A DNA stretch of 63,993 nucleotides, filler included, from Catajapyx aquilonaris (taxonomy: Eukaryota): NCBI GenBank assembly GCA_000934665.2. It is 3 parts of 3 records of this genome, joined end to end, with 100 filler letters (N's around TTAATTAATTAA, not from the genome) between each part and the next. Parts side by side here need not be neighbours in the genome. Positions count along the whole stretch, not along the records: positions 1 to 21,494 come from JYFJ02006031.1; positions 21,595 to 43,422 come from KZ539462.1; 1 more part is not named here. One strand, 5' to 3'. The notes under the pieces were generated by a model. It ran no database searches. It saw nothing but the letters and a program-made list of their open reading frames with translations, and was not told the DNA's origin. A program made the position numbers and the translations under genes. Of the stretch, positions 13,340 through 26,100 are shown in pieces (the first letter of the stretch is position 1; each line of letters opens with the position of its first letter).

Positions 13340-13385
13340 ACTGTGTCAGAGTTACGGCGACCCGACCATAAAGGCCCCGCGCCAA
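13340..13385 (-). mobile_element. 46-bp micro-insertion, copy 1
   Basis: Identical to 50366-50411; flanked by tctcatcac repeats. Confidence 0.7.
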
Positions 13386-14490
13386 AAACTCTCTCATCAC
13401 TTCTCATCACTATCGTTTAAATAATGCAGCGAATAATTATTGCCGTGGAGGCTGTCGCAACAGTTGCTTACAGGTGGAGGATAAATATTCCACGTTTTGA
13501 TGGATAATAATTAGGCTAATGTGACATCACAATCAGGCTCATTGATCTCTGTAACCTACCTGCATGTTAATAGCCTAAGCATGAAAATTATTAACCTGTC
13601 TCCGCCCTCTTCGCCTCCATCAATATTACCACCTCTGCAAATTCTAGCCACCTCCATTGATTTACGCCACTCGAAATGCATACTCATTACAGGCCCTGGA
13701 CTTAGACTCACAGTATATCCTACCCATATATGCCAGAACCAACAGCAACTGAAGTGGGAAGGTGGTAAATAATGGAGACTGTTGGCGTCTCCTGATTGGC
13801 GCCTCCAAATGCAATTCTAGCCTACGTGCCCTCTGTCATAACACCAGTATGTATATACCTCCATCACAGCATATATCCCACGCACCATATATACATGGGC
13901 TGCTTTCTGCCTGACCCCTTAACCCTGTCGGGCCACGGCTCGGCACTCTCCAAAACATAAAAGTATATTTCTCCAGGCGCTCTTGGCACAAGATGCTCTG
14001 CATTATGAAGCCCATGAAATATGCAGGCCTATAAAAAGCCCGAGTGGCGGGCCCATCATCACTTTCCTCTCCCAATTCTCTCGCTCACTTCTATGCCCGG
14101 GACCCCTTTATTCCGTTTGTATCAGTGCCGACGGTGTTTGCATCCCTCCCTGCTCCTCCCTCCCCTACCCATTTCTCCCCCTTCTCCATGGCACACACAC
14201 ACAAGCTCAGTTCTGGATTTTTGCATCTATCCACCTACCCACCCACCAAAAATGGGCGAAAAGCAGGGATTTTAAGTCCGGGTCTCCCTAGGGAACTCTC
14301 ACCACAGAAGGAACAATAAGGGCTAGGCACATTGTTGAATTAATGCCCAGGATTTTGTATTCAGCTTCACAGTACAGGGTTTCATTTATTTAACAGGCTT
14401 TTCGAGCGTGATTTCTTAGTGTAGAGGGGTACTTGTACGTGAGCCAGGGGGGGGGGGGGNGGGGGGGGGGGGGGGGGGGGTGGTACTGTA

Positions 14491-14890
14491 CAGTGCTGGA
14501 CATAATAGCCGTCGCTGAATGTTTTTTTCCGGCGGAGGCGGCGGCGGCGTTACCTGGCAACTTCGTCCGGCGGGCCAATTCAAACATCAGCCCATGGAGA
14601 GCGCTTCCATTGTTGCCACTGTTTACAAATCGAGGGAGTGACCCTAAAATGACTTATTGCTTCTAACATCATTATTTTCCCCGTTTTTTCCTGCGTATAT
14701 CCCTGCAGGCAGAAGAGACCCGTCGCTGGGTCGTCCGCGTCACTCACTCGATTTGTAAACAGTGGCAACAATGGAAGCGCTCTCCATGGGCTGATGTTTG
14801 AATTGGCCCGCCGGACGAAGTTGCCAGGTAACGCCGCCGCCGTCGCCGCCGAAAAAAAACATTCAGCGCCGGCTAATTTGTCCAGCACTG
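14491..14890. mobile_element. Tc1/mariner-type MITE with about 150-bp TIRs
   Basis: TA-cagtgctggac...gtccagcactg-TA; arms nearly identical. Confidence 0.9.
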
Positions 14891-16393
14891 TACACTGACG
14901 CTTGTGGATTGTGGTCGAGGCGAGCTAGATCTGTTCAGGTGAAAGGTGTGCATTGTTGTACAGAAAAACGGTAGTTGCTATGTAGCTCTTACAACAAAAA
15001 TAAGGTGGTGAGATACACACTTATATAGAGAGTATTGAGAGTGAAGGCAGTCGTAATTAGAGAGTTAGATGGGGGAATGGATGCAATTTTTGATCAAGTC
15101 AGGCACACACTTATTAACTTAATTCATTGCATGGGGCCGAGTTTCCTATATTATATATTTTCTGACCATGCGTTTGGATGGTATGAATAATTGAATCGTG
15201 TTTTTCTCTCTGATATATAGAATTAGCTATCAAGTCGATGGTGTTGTGTATGAAGCTTTATTTCGACCACCTGGTGGAGGGTTCACACAAAAAAGTAGGA
15301 TGGCCATGTGTAATTTTCCCACGCCCGTGCCAATCTGAACATGATTATGAATGTAACGTCACATTAGAGTGAAAAGGGTGATTTTTTTCCGAGATACTGA
15401 ACCAAGCGATTTATTGGTGGGTTAGGTTTCGGTGGCTAAAATTATTGTAATAATATTCAGATGAAGGAGAAAAAAACATGACTATCGAGGCAATCCTAAT
15501 GATACGTGGTCTGGGACGTATTTGGTAAAGCACACAAGTGGTTCTGAAAATGATGGGTTCACGTGCATATGGCACCTGTTTTGCTGGTGATAAGTAGCTC
15601 TTTTCATTGAAAAATAGCAGCACTTGTTGTTTGGCTTCAGCCAGCAGCTGTTACCATATTTCAAAACACAACATTACTTCACTTGCAGAATAAGTTAGAA
15701 TAACCTTCTAATTTTCAACACCGCGTGGTGAAACAAAAAACCCACAAAAAATTATGTTTACCGACACCAACACGAAATGGGTATAAGGAACTGCTTTTCA
15801 CGGCTGCAAGGGCCAGCAGAAAAATTATGCATACGAAGTGATGCCAATAGGCATTTAGTTCGCTGATGGGAAGATATTTACTCCAAGAAACAACACATTT
15901 GATATACAGATCAGCCCAATATAAATTTTATATTGGGCTGATCTCAAGAGCTCAATTGCTTTGAAATGCAGCCTATTTCATAGCAATATTACATTACAAT
16001 ATCATACAATAATATAATGATACACAACAATACTGTACCAAACAATATTACACCAGCAGCTATTCGATTTGTATACCTATAACCACTTGTGGAATAATTG
16101 CCTTGCAGCTAGGAATTGTAACTTGGATACTGAAGTCACTGTCGTTTACTGTGTTGAAAGTCATTGTTACCATTGTGATGTATGTATCAAGTTCTAATTC
16201 CGCTGTGCCGTGTAGTGTCAATTAATTTGTTTCCTTAGGCCAAACGTACCCTGGCTTTATTTAACTATAAGTAATCGAATGTTTTGTTTTCCCAAGGACT
16301 TCAGCTTGGGCGAGTGATGATGGCTAAACTTTTCACGGTCTCGCGAACTTGTATAGGCATAAAATATGTATAGCCAAGGTTATGGCCACTATA

Positions 16394-16967
16394 CAGGGTG
16401 TTTATTGTAACTCTGCAAAGACTTTCAGGGGTAATAGAGGGGACCAAGACAAGTATTTTTGACATAGGAACCCGTGTCCGGAAACGCCATCTAGAGGGGG
16501 TTCATAGACAAGGAACGGGTGCGCTCAGACGCGTCACGCGAGAGGCGCTATAGTCGAGCAGACTGTTTTGTTGATAGATGGCGCTCCGATAGTAACCAAC
16601 GATGCGATGTGCCATAACCTGACAACAGCAGAGCCATCTAGCAACTAAAGTCCGCCTCCTAGGTGACGCGCGGATAGTCAACAGCGGTTCTGCTGTTGCC
16701 AGGTTATGGCGTATCGCGTTGCTGTTTGCTTACAACGAGTCAACGACCCGATACGCCATAACCTGGCAACAACTGTGCGCCATCTATCAACAAAACAGTC
16801 CGCTCGCCTAGCGCCTCTCGCGTGACGCGTCTGAGCGCACCCGTTTCTTGTCTATGAACCCCCTCTAGATGGCGTTTCAGGACACGGGTTCCAGTATGTC
16901 AAAAATACTTGTCTTGGTCTCCTCTATTACCCCTGAAAGTCTTTGCAGAGTTACAATAAACACCCTG
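16394..16967. mobile_element. Mariner-type MITE (CAGGGTG ends), about 190-bp TIRs with an internal hairpin
   Basis: TA-cagggtgtttattg...caataaacaccctg-TA; a second partial copy at 43523-43763. Confidence 0.9.
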
Positions 16968-17193
16968 TATAGGGGCCGGTTGCATCAATGCAGGTTTCTG
17001 CACGGGTCATCTAAAATAAAGTACTAATGTGTGTTTGTAAGAAAATTTTCTTTGAAAAATAAAACAGAAGTGAAACTACCACTTCCTGCATCCAGAGTAG
17101 TCTTGTCTGACCATTAGGTATGATCGCAAAGTAATGAACATAAATCTTAGGTGACAAAATAATCAAAGGGAATATTAATTTGATGCATATCTA

Positions 17194-17524
17194 CAGGGTG
17201 TTTCAACTTTTTTGTCCGAACAGTTATCGGAAAATTGCGCGTAGCTGCTACTTTGTAAGCAGTGACTTGCAAACGGTGATTTTTCGGAGGAACGGGGAAT
17301 ATTCCCTGCGAATCGTAGGTTGAAGTGGCATACGTGCTTCCCGCTGAAAATTGAGGGTCAAGCCTGGAAAAAAGAGGGTAACACATGCCATAGGATGTGT
17401 GACCCTCTTCTTCCCCATTCCCCATTCGTCCGACAAATCACCGTATTCAAGTCACTTGCTTACAAAGTAGCAGCTACGTTCAATTTTCCGATAACTGTTC
17501 GGACAAAAAAGTTGAAACACCCTG
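17194..17524. mobile_element. Mariner-type MITE (CAGGGTG ends), about 105-bp TIRs
   Basis: TA-cagggtgtttcaac...gttgaaacaccctg-TA. Confidence 0.9.
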
Positions 17525-20267
17525 TATATCTTTCTTGATTTCAAACATCCACTTTTGTATACAGTATGAGAAATATCACAACTGGCCGTTTTTTCCCTCA
17601 GCTACTTATATGAATGAGAAACTCTAAAAATACAATATAAAAATCGAATATTAATATTACAGGGGTACTTCATCAGCGCAGGTTAGCAGCATGCTTATTA
17701 AGCACACACAAATCCATCCATAAAATGCATAATATTTCCTAGAATACATAAGCCTATACATCATCCTGCACCTAACAACCCAATATAACTTAATATTAAC
17801 TTAATCGTTCTTCCTCTCCCATCTCACACCTCTTCTCATTCTAATTCACTGAATTTGTCAAGAGAGAACAAATCTATGCAGGAACTCGGCTAGAACATTC
17901 CAAAATCTGAGGATATATAACGCCGTACTTTCTGTTACACAAATAAAAATATTGTGCATGTAACGCGTGAGAAAGAACGTTGGCCAGCATGCAATGGTGT
18001 CAAATTAGGCAAGTCTCGCGGAAGAGTATCGACGTGAACTCCATTACCCACGACGTGTAAGGTTGGCATGAGGTCTCACAATGACTTATTGGAGAGAAGG
18101 GTGGAAGGGGGCAGGGGTGTTACTGTAAGGTGGGGAAGTGAGGAGTTGGGGAGGCGGGGGAGGGGGTCCTTTCTAGCCCCCACTTTGAAGTCACCTGCTT
18201 GGGTTCTCACTGGCCCGCTCAATACTGCCTATTAAGACGCTTTGGGCCTTAAAGGCTATTGAAATCGCCGCTCCTAATAGAAGCGATGAAAATTAGATGA
18301 GGCGCTGTCAGGCGCCTGTTGATACAATTTGCATGGCGCGGCTCGGCAACAGGGAAAAGAGGAATTGCAACAGCGAGAGACTGAGGACCAGGCACTGCCT
18401 TACACTTTTTTTCAACCCCCCCCCCTCCCCCTATCTCCCCTCCCCACCCATTTTCAGTCTATTCCGGACCTCTTTTTGTGCACTTTTCTTTTCTTTCATC
18501 CCGCGCCCGTACTTAGCGCTTTTAATCCGACGCAACGCCAGCGCACGGCCTGATCAATTTGGGCTCATTTTAGGACGAATCCTAGCAGGTGAGACATGAA
18601 AAATATAGCACGATTTCTTGGAAATCTCGGATTCGTAACAAGCGGCCATCAATGTTGGATAAGCATCGGCCGGGAATTCCAATAAATCGTATTGTTCCCG
18701 AAAAAGGTGCACGCAGCGCTGCCTGATTCTGTCTTCGATTTTTTGGTGTTGGCCCGGGTCCCTCCTTCCTGATAGGTATGCTGCACCCTTGACAAAGTTT
18801 CCAAACGAGTGGCCGTCCTTTTCAATCTTGCAAACCCCGGATTGCCCTGGCAAGACTGGACGACACTCCTAATCTACTTGGCCATCCAGATACCAACTTT
18901 GAGCAAGGAAAGTGTGAGTGTTGTGGCCTATTTTTCTGCCGTGTTATAAACATCTAATGTGGGTAAAGCCTAATGCGAATTGGTCAGCTGGTGGTACTGA
19001 AAGATTTAGATCCCCTTGTGTTGAGAGCTTGAGCGCTAAGTGGCTGTTCTCTGTGGCTAGACATGTTTTCAAGGAAGAAATAGAGCGGTGAAGGACTTAA
19101 AGACCAAGTGAGTGCCAGCAATTAGCTAACCTTTAAAACATCCGTGAGCCGAATATCTGTCATGCCAATTCTAACTTTGTGTGGTTGGCANGGGGGGGGG
19201 GGCACCCTCACCTCCTTGTCCCAACTAGCCAGGCAGGAAGGCCAACGATAAATTTTGCAAAGGCGTCCGTCCCCATTCCGAACCTGGTCCATCCTCGATT
19301 CCCCTTACGTCCGTCCGGCCCTCGACTCTAAAATCTACTAAGTGGCTCTTCCGGATCGGAAATTCCGGAGGCTGGGCTTCAAACGGGCCGCGTTTCCCAG
19401 GAGACTTCGGCACGGTTCCGCAGATTGGCTGCCCGCCTCGGTATATATCAAGTCCCTGCACCATCCCTACCTCTCACCACCCACAAGGACGAAGAAGGAA
19501 AAAAAAAGCATTGCTTTTAGGCCCAGTTCAGATGGCCATTGCCAAGAAGTAGAGACGTCACACGAAAACTAAATCAGGGGAATAAAAATCCCAGCCGACG
19601 GTCGAGCTCCGTCAAGTTGTGATTAGGTTTATTGGTAGCATCGATTTCAAAGTGCTTCTTAATTTTTAGGACACGGGACTTGAATCACGGCGAATTGAAT
19701 GGCCTCATCGGAATTGGGGAGGCCTATGCTCTTTGAGTCTGCAAAAAAAAAAGAAGGCCAGAGGGGGATGTCTTAGGGAGGGTTCAAAATGAGTTTCACG
19801 TCAAAGTAAACATCAATAACAGGGAGGCCTCTAGAGCAAAATCATGGTGGGTTTCTTTACAGTACTCTTCCATTGTTTATTTCATGGTCTGACGCTTTTA
19901 TTCCGGTGTTTGCGGATTTAAGCCCGATTTCTATTGACTGAACTGTAAGGTTGAAAATGGAAGGGGTTAAATCAAAAACCTAGCGCTCGTTTTAATGTCA
20001 TTCTTGGCCATAATTATCTCGAAAGTTTTCAGTTCGATCCCCTGGTGGAAAAAGTTTCATTCGCGTGGTTTTTCCCTTAGGATTTACCCTGGCATGAAAA
20101 TATAACAGGTAATGAATGAAGTTGTGTATGCAAAATATCCCCTGTAATGTACATCACGGGGCCAGTTATACTGGCAATATATTGTCAAACTGAATCACCC
20201 TGCACCATATAAGTAACAAAAAAAGACATCTTGGCGGATATGCCGACAGTGCACAAGATGGAATGAA

Positions 20268-20601
20268 AGGTGAGCACTTCCTCTCGGATTTAGATTTCTT
20301 GATAATTTCTAAGACAAAATTACCATAGTTGCTTTTGGAGATTTCGACCTCAATTACGCAGAAAATTGCTTGTTTAAGTTTTGAACAGAAATACACGCTG
20401 GTGATAGGGCTTATCCTACACGCCCAGTGACCCATGTAGCAGGCATGTTTGGCGGCTTGTCTAGCGTGCAGGATGAGCTTTATCACCGATAGGCATTATG
20501 GTTCCAATCTGCGCAATAAGGTCGAAATCTCCAAATTCAACTGCAGTAATTTTGTCTCAGAAATCGCAAGAAACCTAAATCCGAGAGGAATTGCGCACTC
20601 T
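20268..20601. mobile_element. Diverged MITE with about 90-bp inverted repeats
   Basis: ttcctctcggatttag...ggagatttcgacct on the left pairs with aggtcgaaatctcc...ctaaatccgagaggaa on the right. Confidence 0.7.
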
Positions 20602-21376
20602 TAGTATCATACCACACTGTTTGCTTACATGGTGAGTCAAAACGTAGGTCATCTCTCCGCCCAATACAAGTAATGAAAAATGTAAGAGTGAGAAATGTCG
20701 CGACGCCAATCGTTAACCACATTGCAGCGAAGGTGAACATGTGAGTGTCCCTATAAATCTTATCTTGGAACGTATGCACTGAAAAGAGTATCGGAGCCTA
20801 GCCCGAGTCATGAGTTTCGGTCAGCGTCCACTACGTATTTACCTGTTGGTTTCACGACAGTGATCATCTGTATATTTTATTTGTTACCAATCTATAGCCA
20901 CTGAAAGCTGGATAACTCTTGTAGTTCTAACTCATCCCGTATGCACTCTCTGTATTGTGCAGTGTCTGATCAAAGGCAATTTTTTCCATTGCCTTACCTT
21001 AATGCAACTCACTCACAACCTATTTTAATAAATGAGCATCACCATATAACTTATGTTAACAGAGCCTAGATATTTGACATTAACTTGAATGTTGTTTCAA
21101 GCTTCAACCATGGTTGCTACAGAGGGTGCAAACTGCAAAGTGCTGGTGTTACATTGCAATATCATGGTCCGTTACTCTTCTTGATAACCTATAGGTGGTA
21201 GGTCCTACAGTAAGTTATATGTAAACTTGGTGGGACCATAATTCAGTTTCATCCGCCCAAAGCGGTTGTTTTCCGTCGTATTCAGGATATTTTGGGTCTT
21301 CCAAATTATAGCGCAAAAAATATAATCACTCTGTACGTGTATAAGCGTGCAGTGTATGGGGAGGTAATAGTAGGCC

Positions 21377-21377
<1 letters not shown>

Positions 21378-21429
<52 letters not shown>
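21378..21429. repeat. (GTA)n microsatellite
   Basis: About 17 units. Confidence 0.95.
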
Positions 21430-21494
21430 ATACGTGTGTTCGATATAAAAAGTAGCTGCATGCCAAAATCTTGCGGGCATATGACTGAACTCGC

Positions 21495-21594
21495 NNNNNN
21501 NNNNNNNNNNNNNNNNNNNNNNNNNNNNNNNNNNNNNNTTAATTAATTAANNNNNNNNNNNNNNNNNNNNNNNNNNNNNNNNNNNNNNNNNNNN
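21495..21594. other. Assembly gap with artificial TTAATTAATTAA linker
   Basis: 44 N + ttaattaattaa + 44 N; same structure at 43423-43522. Confidence 0.95.
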
Positions 21595-21862
21595 GTTCTG
21601 TTTTGAGACAAACGGATTTTTGCGTTGGAGTCAGGATTTTTTGCCTGATTTTTAGACATCAACTTGTCTTCAGACTGGAGTGTCCCTTTAAAAATGGCTG
21701 AAATTTGATATGTGCACATTGATAATTATGGGTAGAGGATAAATCCTGACATGTATTGCCAGTGCAGGCAACACTTTCAACGGGTCCATAAGGTTCTCAT
21801 CAAAAATCTTCATCTACATAAGAATCATGAGGATAGGAAAAACTTTCCTGAATATGGATGTA

Positions 21863-21941
21863 TTATCGGCGCGGAAATGATACGGACACTTGTCAATGTT
21901 CAGCTTACTCCCACGTGTCCATACCATTTCCGTGCCGATAG
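21863..21941. mobile_element. 79-bp hairpin mini-MITE
   Basis: TA-ttatcggcgcggaaatgatacggacac...gtgtccataccatttccgtgccgatag-TA. Confidence 0.6.
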
Positions 21942-22675
21942 TACAGCTGGTTTATGTGATGTCAATGGGAACGTTGCGTTTTGGGTAGGCTTTCCATTAC
22001 ATCCAATAAGGAAAATAATTGTTTATCAGTTCTAACCTTTTCAGTCCAGGTCACCTGGACAATACTGAATTACCCAACTACTTCCTGGCATAAGCAACAT
22101 TTGGACACCTCTGATAAGATAAACATGCTGGTTCCTCACACCAGAAGCGATAACCAGATGAGTCATAACTGGCATTTATTACCTGCAGAATTTATTTTCA
22201 TAAATAATGGAATTTTATGATTTCTGATGACATATTTGAATTCAACATAGTAGATAACATGGGTGTACATATGCGATTCATTGCAAATTGCTCGGTTATA
22301 ACATGCCAATGCCCCTGTATTTCTCCAGAGGGAATGGTGGGAATAGGTTCCACTAAAAACAATTCCATAGAAAAGTATTTGAAATATTTACATATAGGAG
22401 GTATGATGGACCAGCCCCACAATTCGAAATGTCCTCTTACAAAAAGTACATGCTTCGAGGCCATATGGAGTCATTTTGACCATGCAAGCTTGACTAGACT
22501 TACTACCTTGTCTAATCTTGCTGAATTAAATGATTCATCACCTGACTGAGTCATCGGTCTGTGATCCTTTCTGATCGTTGTAGGGATTGTAGGAGTAGAA
22601 TAACTGCAAAATAATGTCACAACTTCAAGAAACCAGAGTGTGCAGCCAAGTGGTACTTTAATGAGGTTAACAGCA

Positions 22676-22925
22676 GGGAGGTGGAGTGGTGCTGCGGATG
22701 TTAAGGTCCTGGGTTCGATCCCAGCCCGGGGGCACCCCCTTCATCTCGTGCAGAGTTGGGTCGTCTCTGGCTTCGTCTCGGGTGGAATTTCCGCTAGACA
22801 TATCCACCCGAGGGGAGTTCACAAATTATGTGCCATCTTGGAAACTTTGCACTGCACATTGCACATAACCTCCTGTCATCCTGGCTGTGGGCCCGGGCGA
22901 TTCAAATAAATAGGCACCAAAATGT
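22676..22925 (+). mobile_element. tRNA-derived SINE, family B
   Basis: B box gggttcgatccc; body cttcatctcgtgcagagtt shared with copies at 27516 and 32678. Confidence 0.85.
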
Positions 22926-22998
22926 AACATCGATCAATTTTTTAAAAAAGAAAAAAGGTCAAGAGCTTGTACCCAAGGGGTCAGAAGCACTACCCACA

Positions 22999-23058
<60 letters not shown>

Positions 23059-23068
23059 AATAATAATG
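22999..23068. repeat. (ATT)n/(AAT)n microsatellite just upstream of the first Ago2 coding exon
   Basis: Direct reading. Confidence 0.95.
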
Positions 23069-23176
23069 AGTTTAACATCTGGGAAATAATCACATATGAT
23101 GAGTAATTTAACAATGATGTTATTAATTTTCTTTTCTTTCTGGCAGGAAAAACTGAAAAGTGGCTGAGACAAGACC

Positions 23177-26100
23177 ATGGGGAAGAAGAAGCCTAAGAAG
23201 GGTGATCCATACTTTCACTTTAATCAGATGCATTTTTATGAGGAAATATTTGCCATATGTGCATGTGCTGTTATGATCATTCTTTTCAGCTTTTTGTAAG
23301 ATATTGTCTCAACTTCCAACTTCGGCCCATGATTTTAATGGCATGTGCATGTGCTGTTATGCTCATTCTTTTCAGCTTTTTGTATGATAATGTCTCAGCA
23401 TCTTCAGCAGACTATTTTAATGGCTCGTATACTTGTGTGCTATTCTCTTGTGCATGTCCATTAGTATTGTACCAGTTCCTTCAGCTTTTATGTGATTTGC
23501 TGTCTCTGTGCTTCATGGTCTTTCTAATTGATACTACACTTTCATCCTTATGCACAACTTGATGTATGTACTCGCAGATTTTTTAGCTTTTTGCTAACAT
23601 GAAACTTTAGGGTGATGATTGTTTAGATGTGGTACTAATTGCTTCCATTCATGTTGTATAGATGGAGTTTCTAAGAAAATTTATGACTTGACAGGCCCAG
23701 CTGGAGGTCAGCCTGCCCAAGAGCAACAAGCTGAAGCACCTCCGCAAGCACAGGCACCGCCACAGCCCCAGGCACCGCCACAGCCCCAGGCACCGCCACA
23801 GCCCCAGGCACCGCCACAGCCCCAGGCACCTCCTCAGGCCCAAGCACCTCCTCAGCCCCAACAGCGACCAATGGAGCAAGTCCGAGGAGCTGCATACATG
23901 GGTAGTGAGACAAGTGACAGGGGTGGGAGGGGAAGAGGTTCGCGTGGAGGAAGAGGTGGTACAAGAGGAGTAGGACATCGAAGGGGTCCACTGTTTGAGA
24001 TTGGTGGACCTACTCAGCAACAACAAGCTGCACCTGTACCACCTACAACATTAATGGTATTTGAATTTTTTAAGAGTACACTTTGGAATACCGTAAAAAT
24101 TATGAGAATTTTCAAAGGTCAGCAATTTTAAGTGTCGGGATCTCGGGGAAGGTGTGGTGGCCGACATGGTAATGTGTCGGCTTGCTGTGCGGAAGGTCCC
24201 GGGTTCGATCCCCACCCGGGAGTTCTCTTTCACCTGTGCCAGTGGGTCCCTGACCTGTGCCTTAGGAGGCATCTTGGCAACCTAGCCTCCTGGGGGACTG
24301 CACATGACCCTTTTCAGACATAGCACTTGCACCTGCGTCGCCTCCCTAAAAATCCCCATCCTTACCATACATCCTTAAAAGTCCTTGCATGGAGTTCGAA
24401 GAAAATAAGAAAAATCGATTCAAATGGGTGGGTGGGGGTGGGGGGGGGGGGNNNNNNNNNNNNNNNNNNNNNNNNNNNNNNNNNNNNNNNNNNNNNNNNN
24501 NNNNNNNNNNNNNNNNNNNNNNNNNNNNNNNNNNNNNCCCCCCCCCCCCCAATTAAATAAATAAATAACATAAATTGCCCTGCGGCAGGCTTCCTCCCCG
24601 CCCTTTGCGGCTTGTTCATCTAGAGTTCTAGGGCTTATGAAATGGGCCCCTCCCCGACATTTTTTTTTGCTGTGTGCCTGATTCCACTGTACGTTGTCAA
24701 TATATTACATTTACAAAAGCTTGTGTGACCTTGAACCCCCCCAAAAATTCCTCCTGCGGTGGGCTTCATGCTGCGTCCCTCATTTGCCTCATTGTGACAA
24801 GTTCGTCATGGCTTTCGTGCATCTCTAAAATCTCAAGTGAATCAGCTCTGTGCAGGGAGTGGGTGGGTATCCCCTCCAGTGTTTTGCCATACCTTTCTAA
24901 ATAGAGATCAGCGCCACTGGTCACCATACACATTGATGCACTAATTCCACCAGGGCACTAGTTTTTCCATGACATTGCAGAAAAAGCATCCGGCTGGCTG
25001 TAGAGCCAGTGACAGATGGCCTGTTTCTCTTCCTGATTTTCACTGAAGTGTGGAGTAGCCAAATGCTTCTTCATTGGTCCGAAAAGATTGGGTACTCACT
25101 TGGGGCCAAGTCACGGCTGTAAGGTGGGTGATGCAGGATATGCCATTCCCAGGCCCAAATCTTGCGTCACTGCATGCTGCGCATGCATGAGGAGGAGCAT
25201 TGTTTTGGAGGAGAACAACATCAGTCAAGTTCATTAATTTATGGTTATTTATGGCGAATTCCTGCACAGAGGTGAGTAAAGGTGCCACGACTGTGCTCAG
25301 CCTCATTGATGTTTTCCCTACAAAAGGAGTTAAAGAGGACCCGTTGACAGTCCCAAAAAACTGTGACCATGACTTCTGCTGCTGATGCTGCAGACATTAA
25401 TCTTTCCGGAGGATGGGTATCTGCAGGCTTTCACACCTGTCCTTCATGATGATATCGCATCAGGTAGTGCTTCAGGTTGCATGCCATTCGTGATGCCTTA
25501 TGTTCAGAAGTCTGCTTTTCAGCCTGCCTGATGATTTTTCCTGCAGTGTCGTGGGAAAACTAAGTGTCCTTGTGGGATAAGTGTATACTGTATGTATGGT
25601 GACTATGTCAGAAAGGAGAGAAAAACTTGCCCCTTTGTGTATGTCAGTTTCTGTTTATGTAGTGAGGCTTCAGAATTTAAGACATTTGTCATTTACTTTT
25701 TGATTCACCCTTGTGGATATACATTTTTGTAACATTTTGTCCCAGTTCACCTAGGGAAAATGTTGAGGGTGGTGGTGGTGATATAAAGATGTAATTGACA
25801 GAAAGAGAGAGGACAATGTCTTGACATGAATTCCCCGCCAAAGAGAGTAGCAAATACTCAACTTTGCACCTACTCATTGTCAGTGCAACCCAGATGGAGA
25901 TGTCTTGCTTAGAGGCTGCATTGAGGTAGCAGGGTGCATAAGAATAAGTTGGCGTAGTTGGCCCTTGTCATGAGGAATTAAATACCCAAATACAAAAATT
26001 TAAATTACTCATTATTCAGTGCTGTGAAGTAGTAAATTATTGTGACACTTTGATTTTTAGGAGGGTCTGAGTATGGCTGATGCTTCTAGTGGACGAGGAC

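Noticed and set aside
14446..14480. Long poly-G/poly-C runs with embedded N (also 9674, 19191, 24440-24550, 44185)
   Set aside because: Lengths are unreliable sequencing breakpoints, so no G-quadruplex claim is made.
18554..19100. Protein-like minus-strand ORF (HQKIEDRIRQRCVHLF...)
   Set aside because: No recognisable motif, stops upstream in frame, no convincing splice sites.
20537..20779. ORF with an apparent transmembrane N-terminus
   Set aside because: Its second half is the arm of the 20268-20601 inverted repeat; no supporting exons.
21444..21450. TATAAAA as the Ago2 promoter
   Set aside because: Separated from Ago2 by a gap of unknown size; the motif alone is insufficient.
21539..21550. 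TTAATTAATTAA palindrome (also 43467-43478)
   Set aside because: Centred in exact 100-bp N blocks; an all-frame stop linker added during assembly.
21751..22549. Cluster of 80-110 aa ORFs upstream of Ago2
   Set aside because: Could not be joined into a consistent gene, interrupted by a mini-MITE, no known motif.
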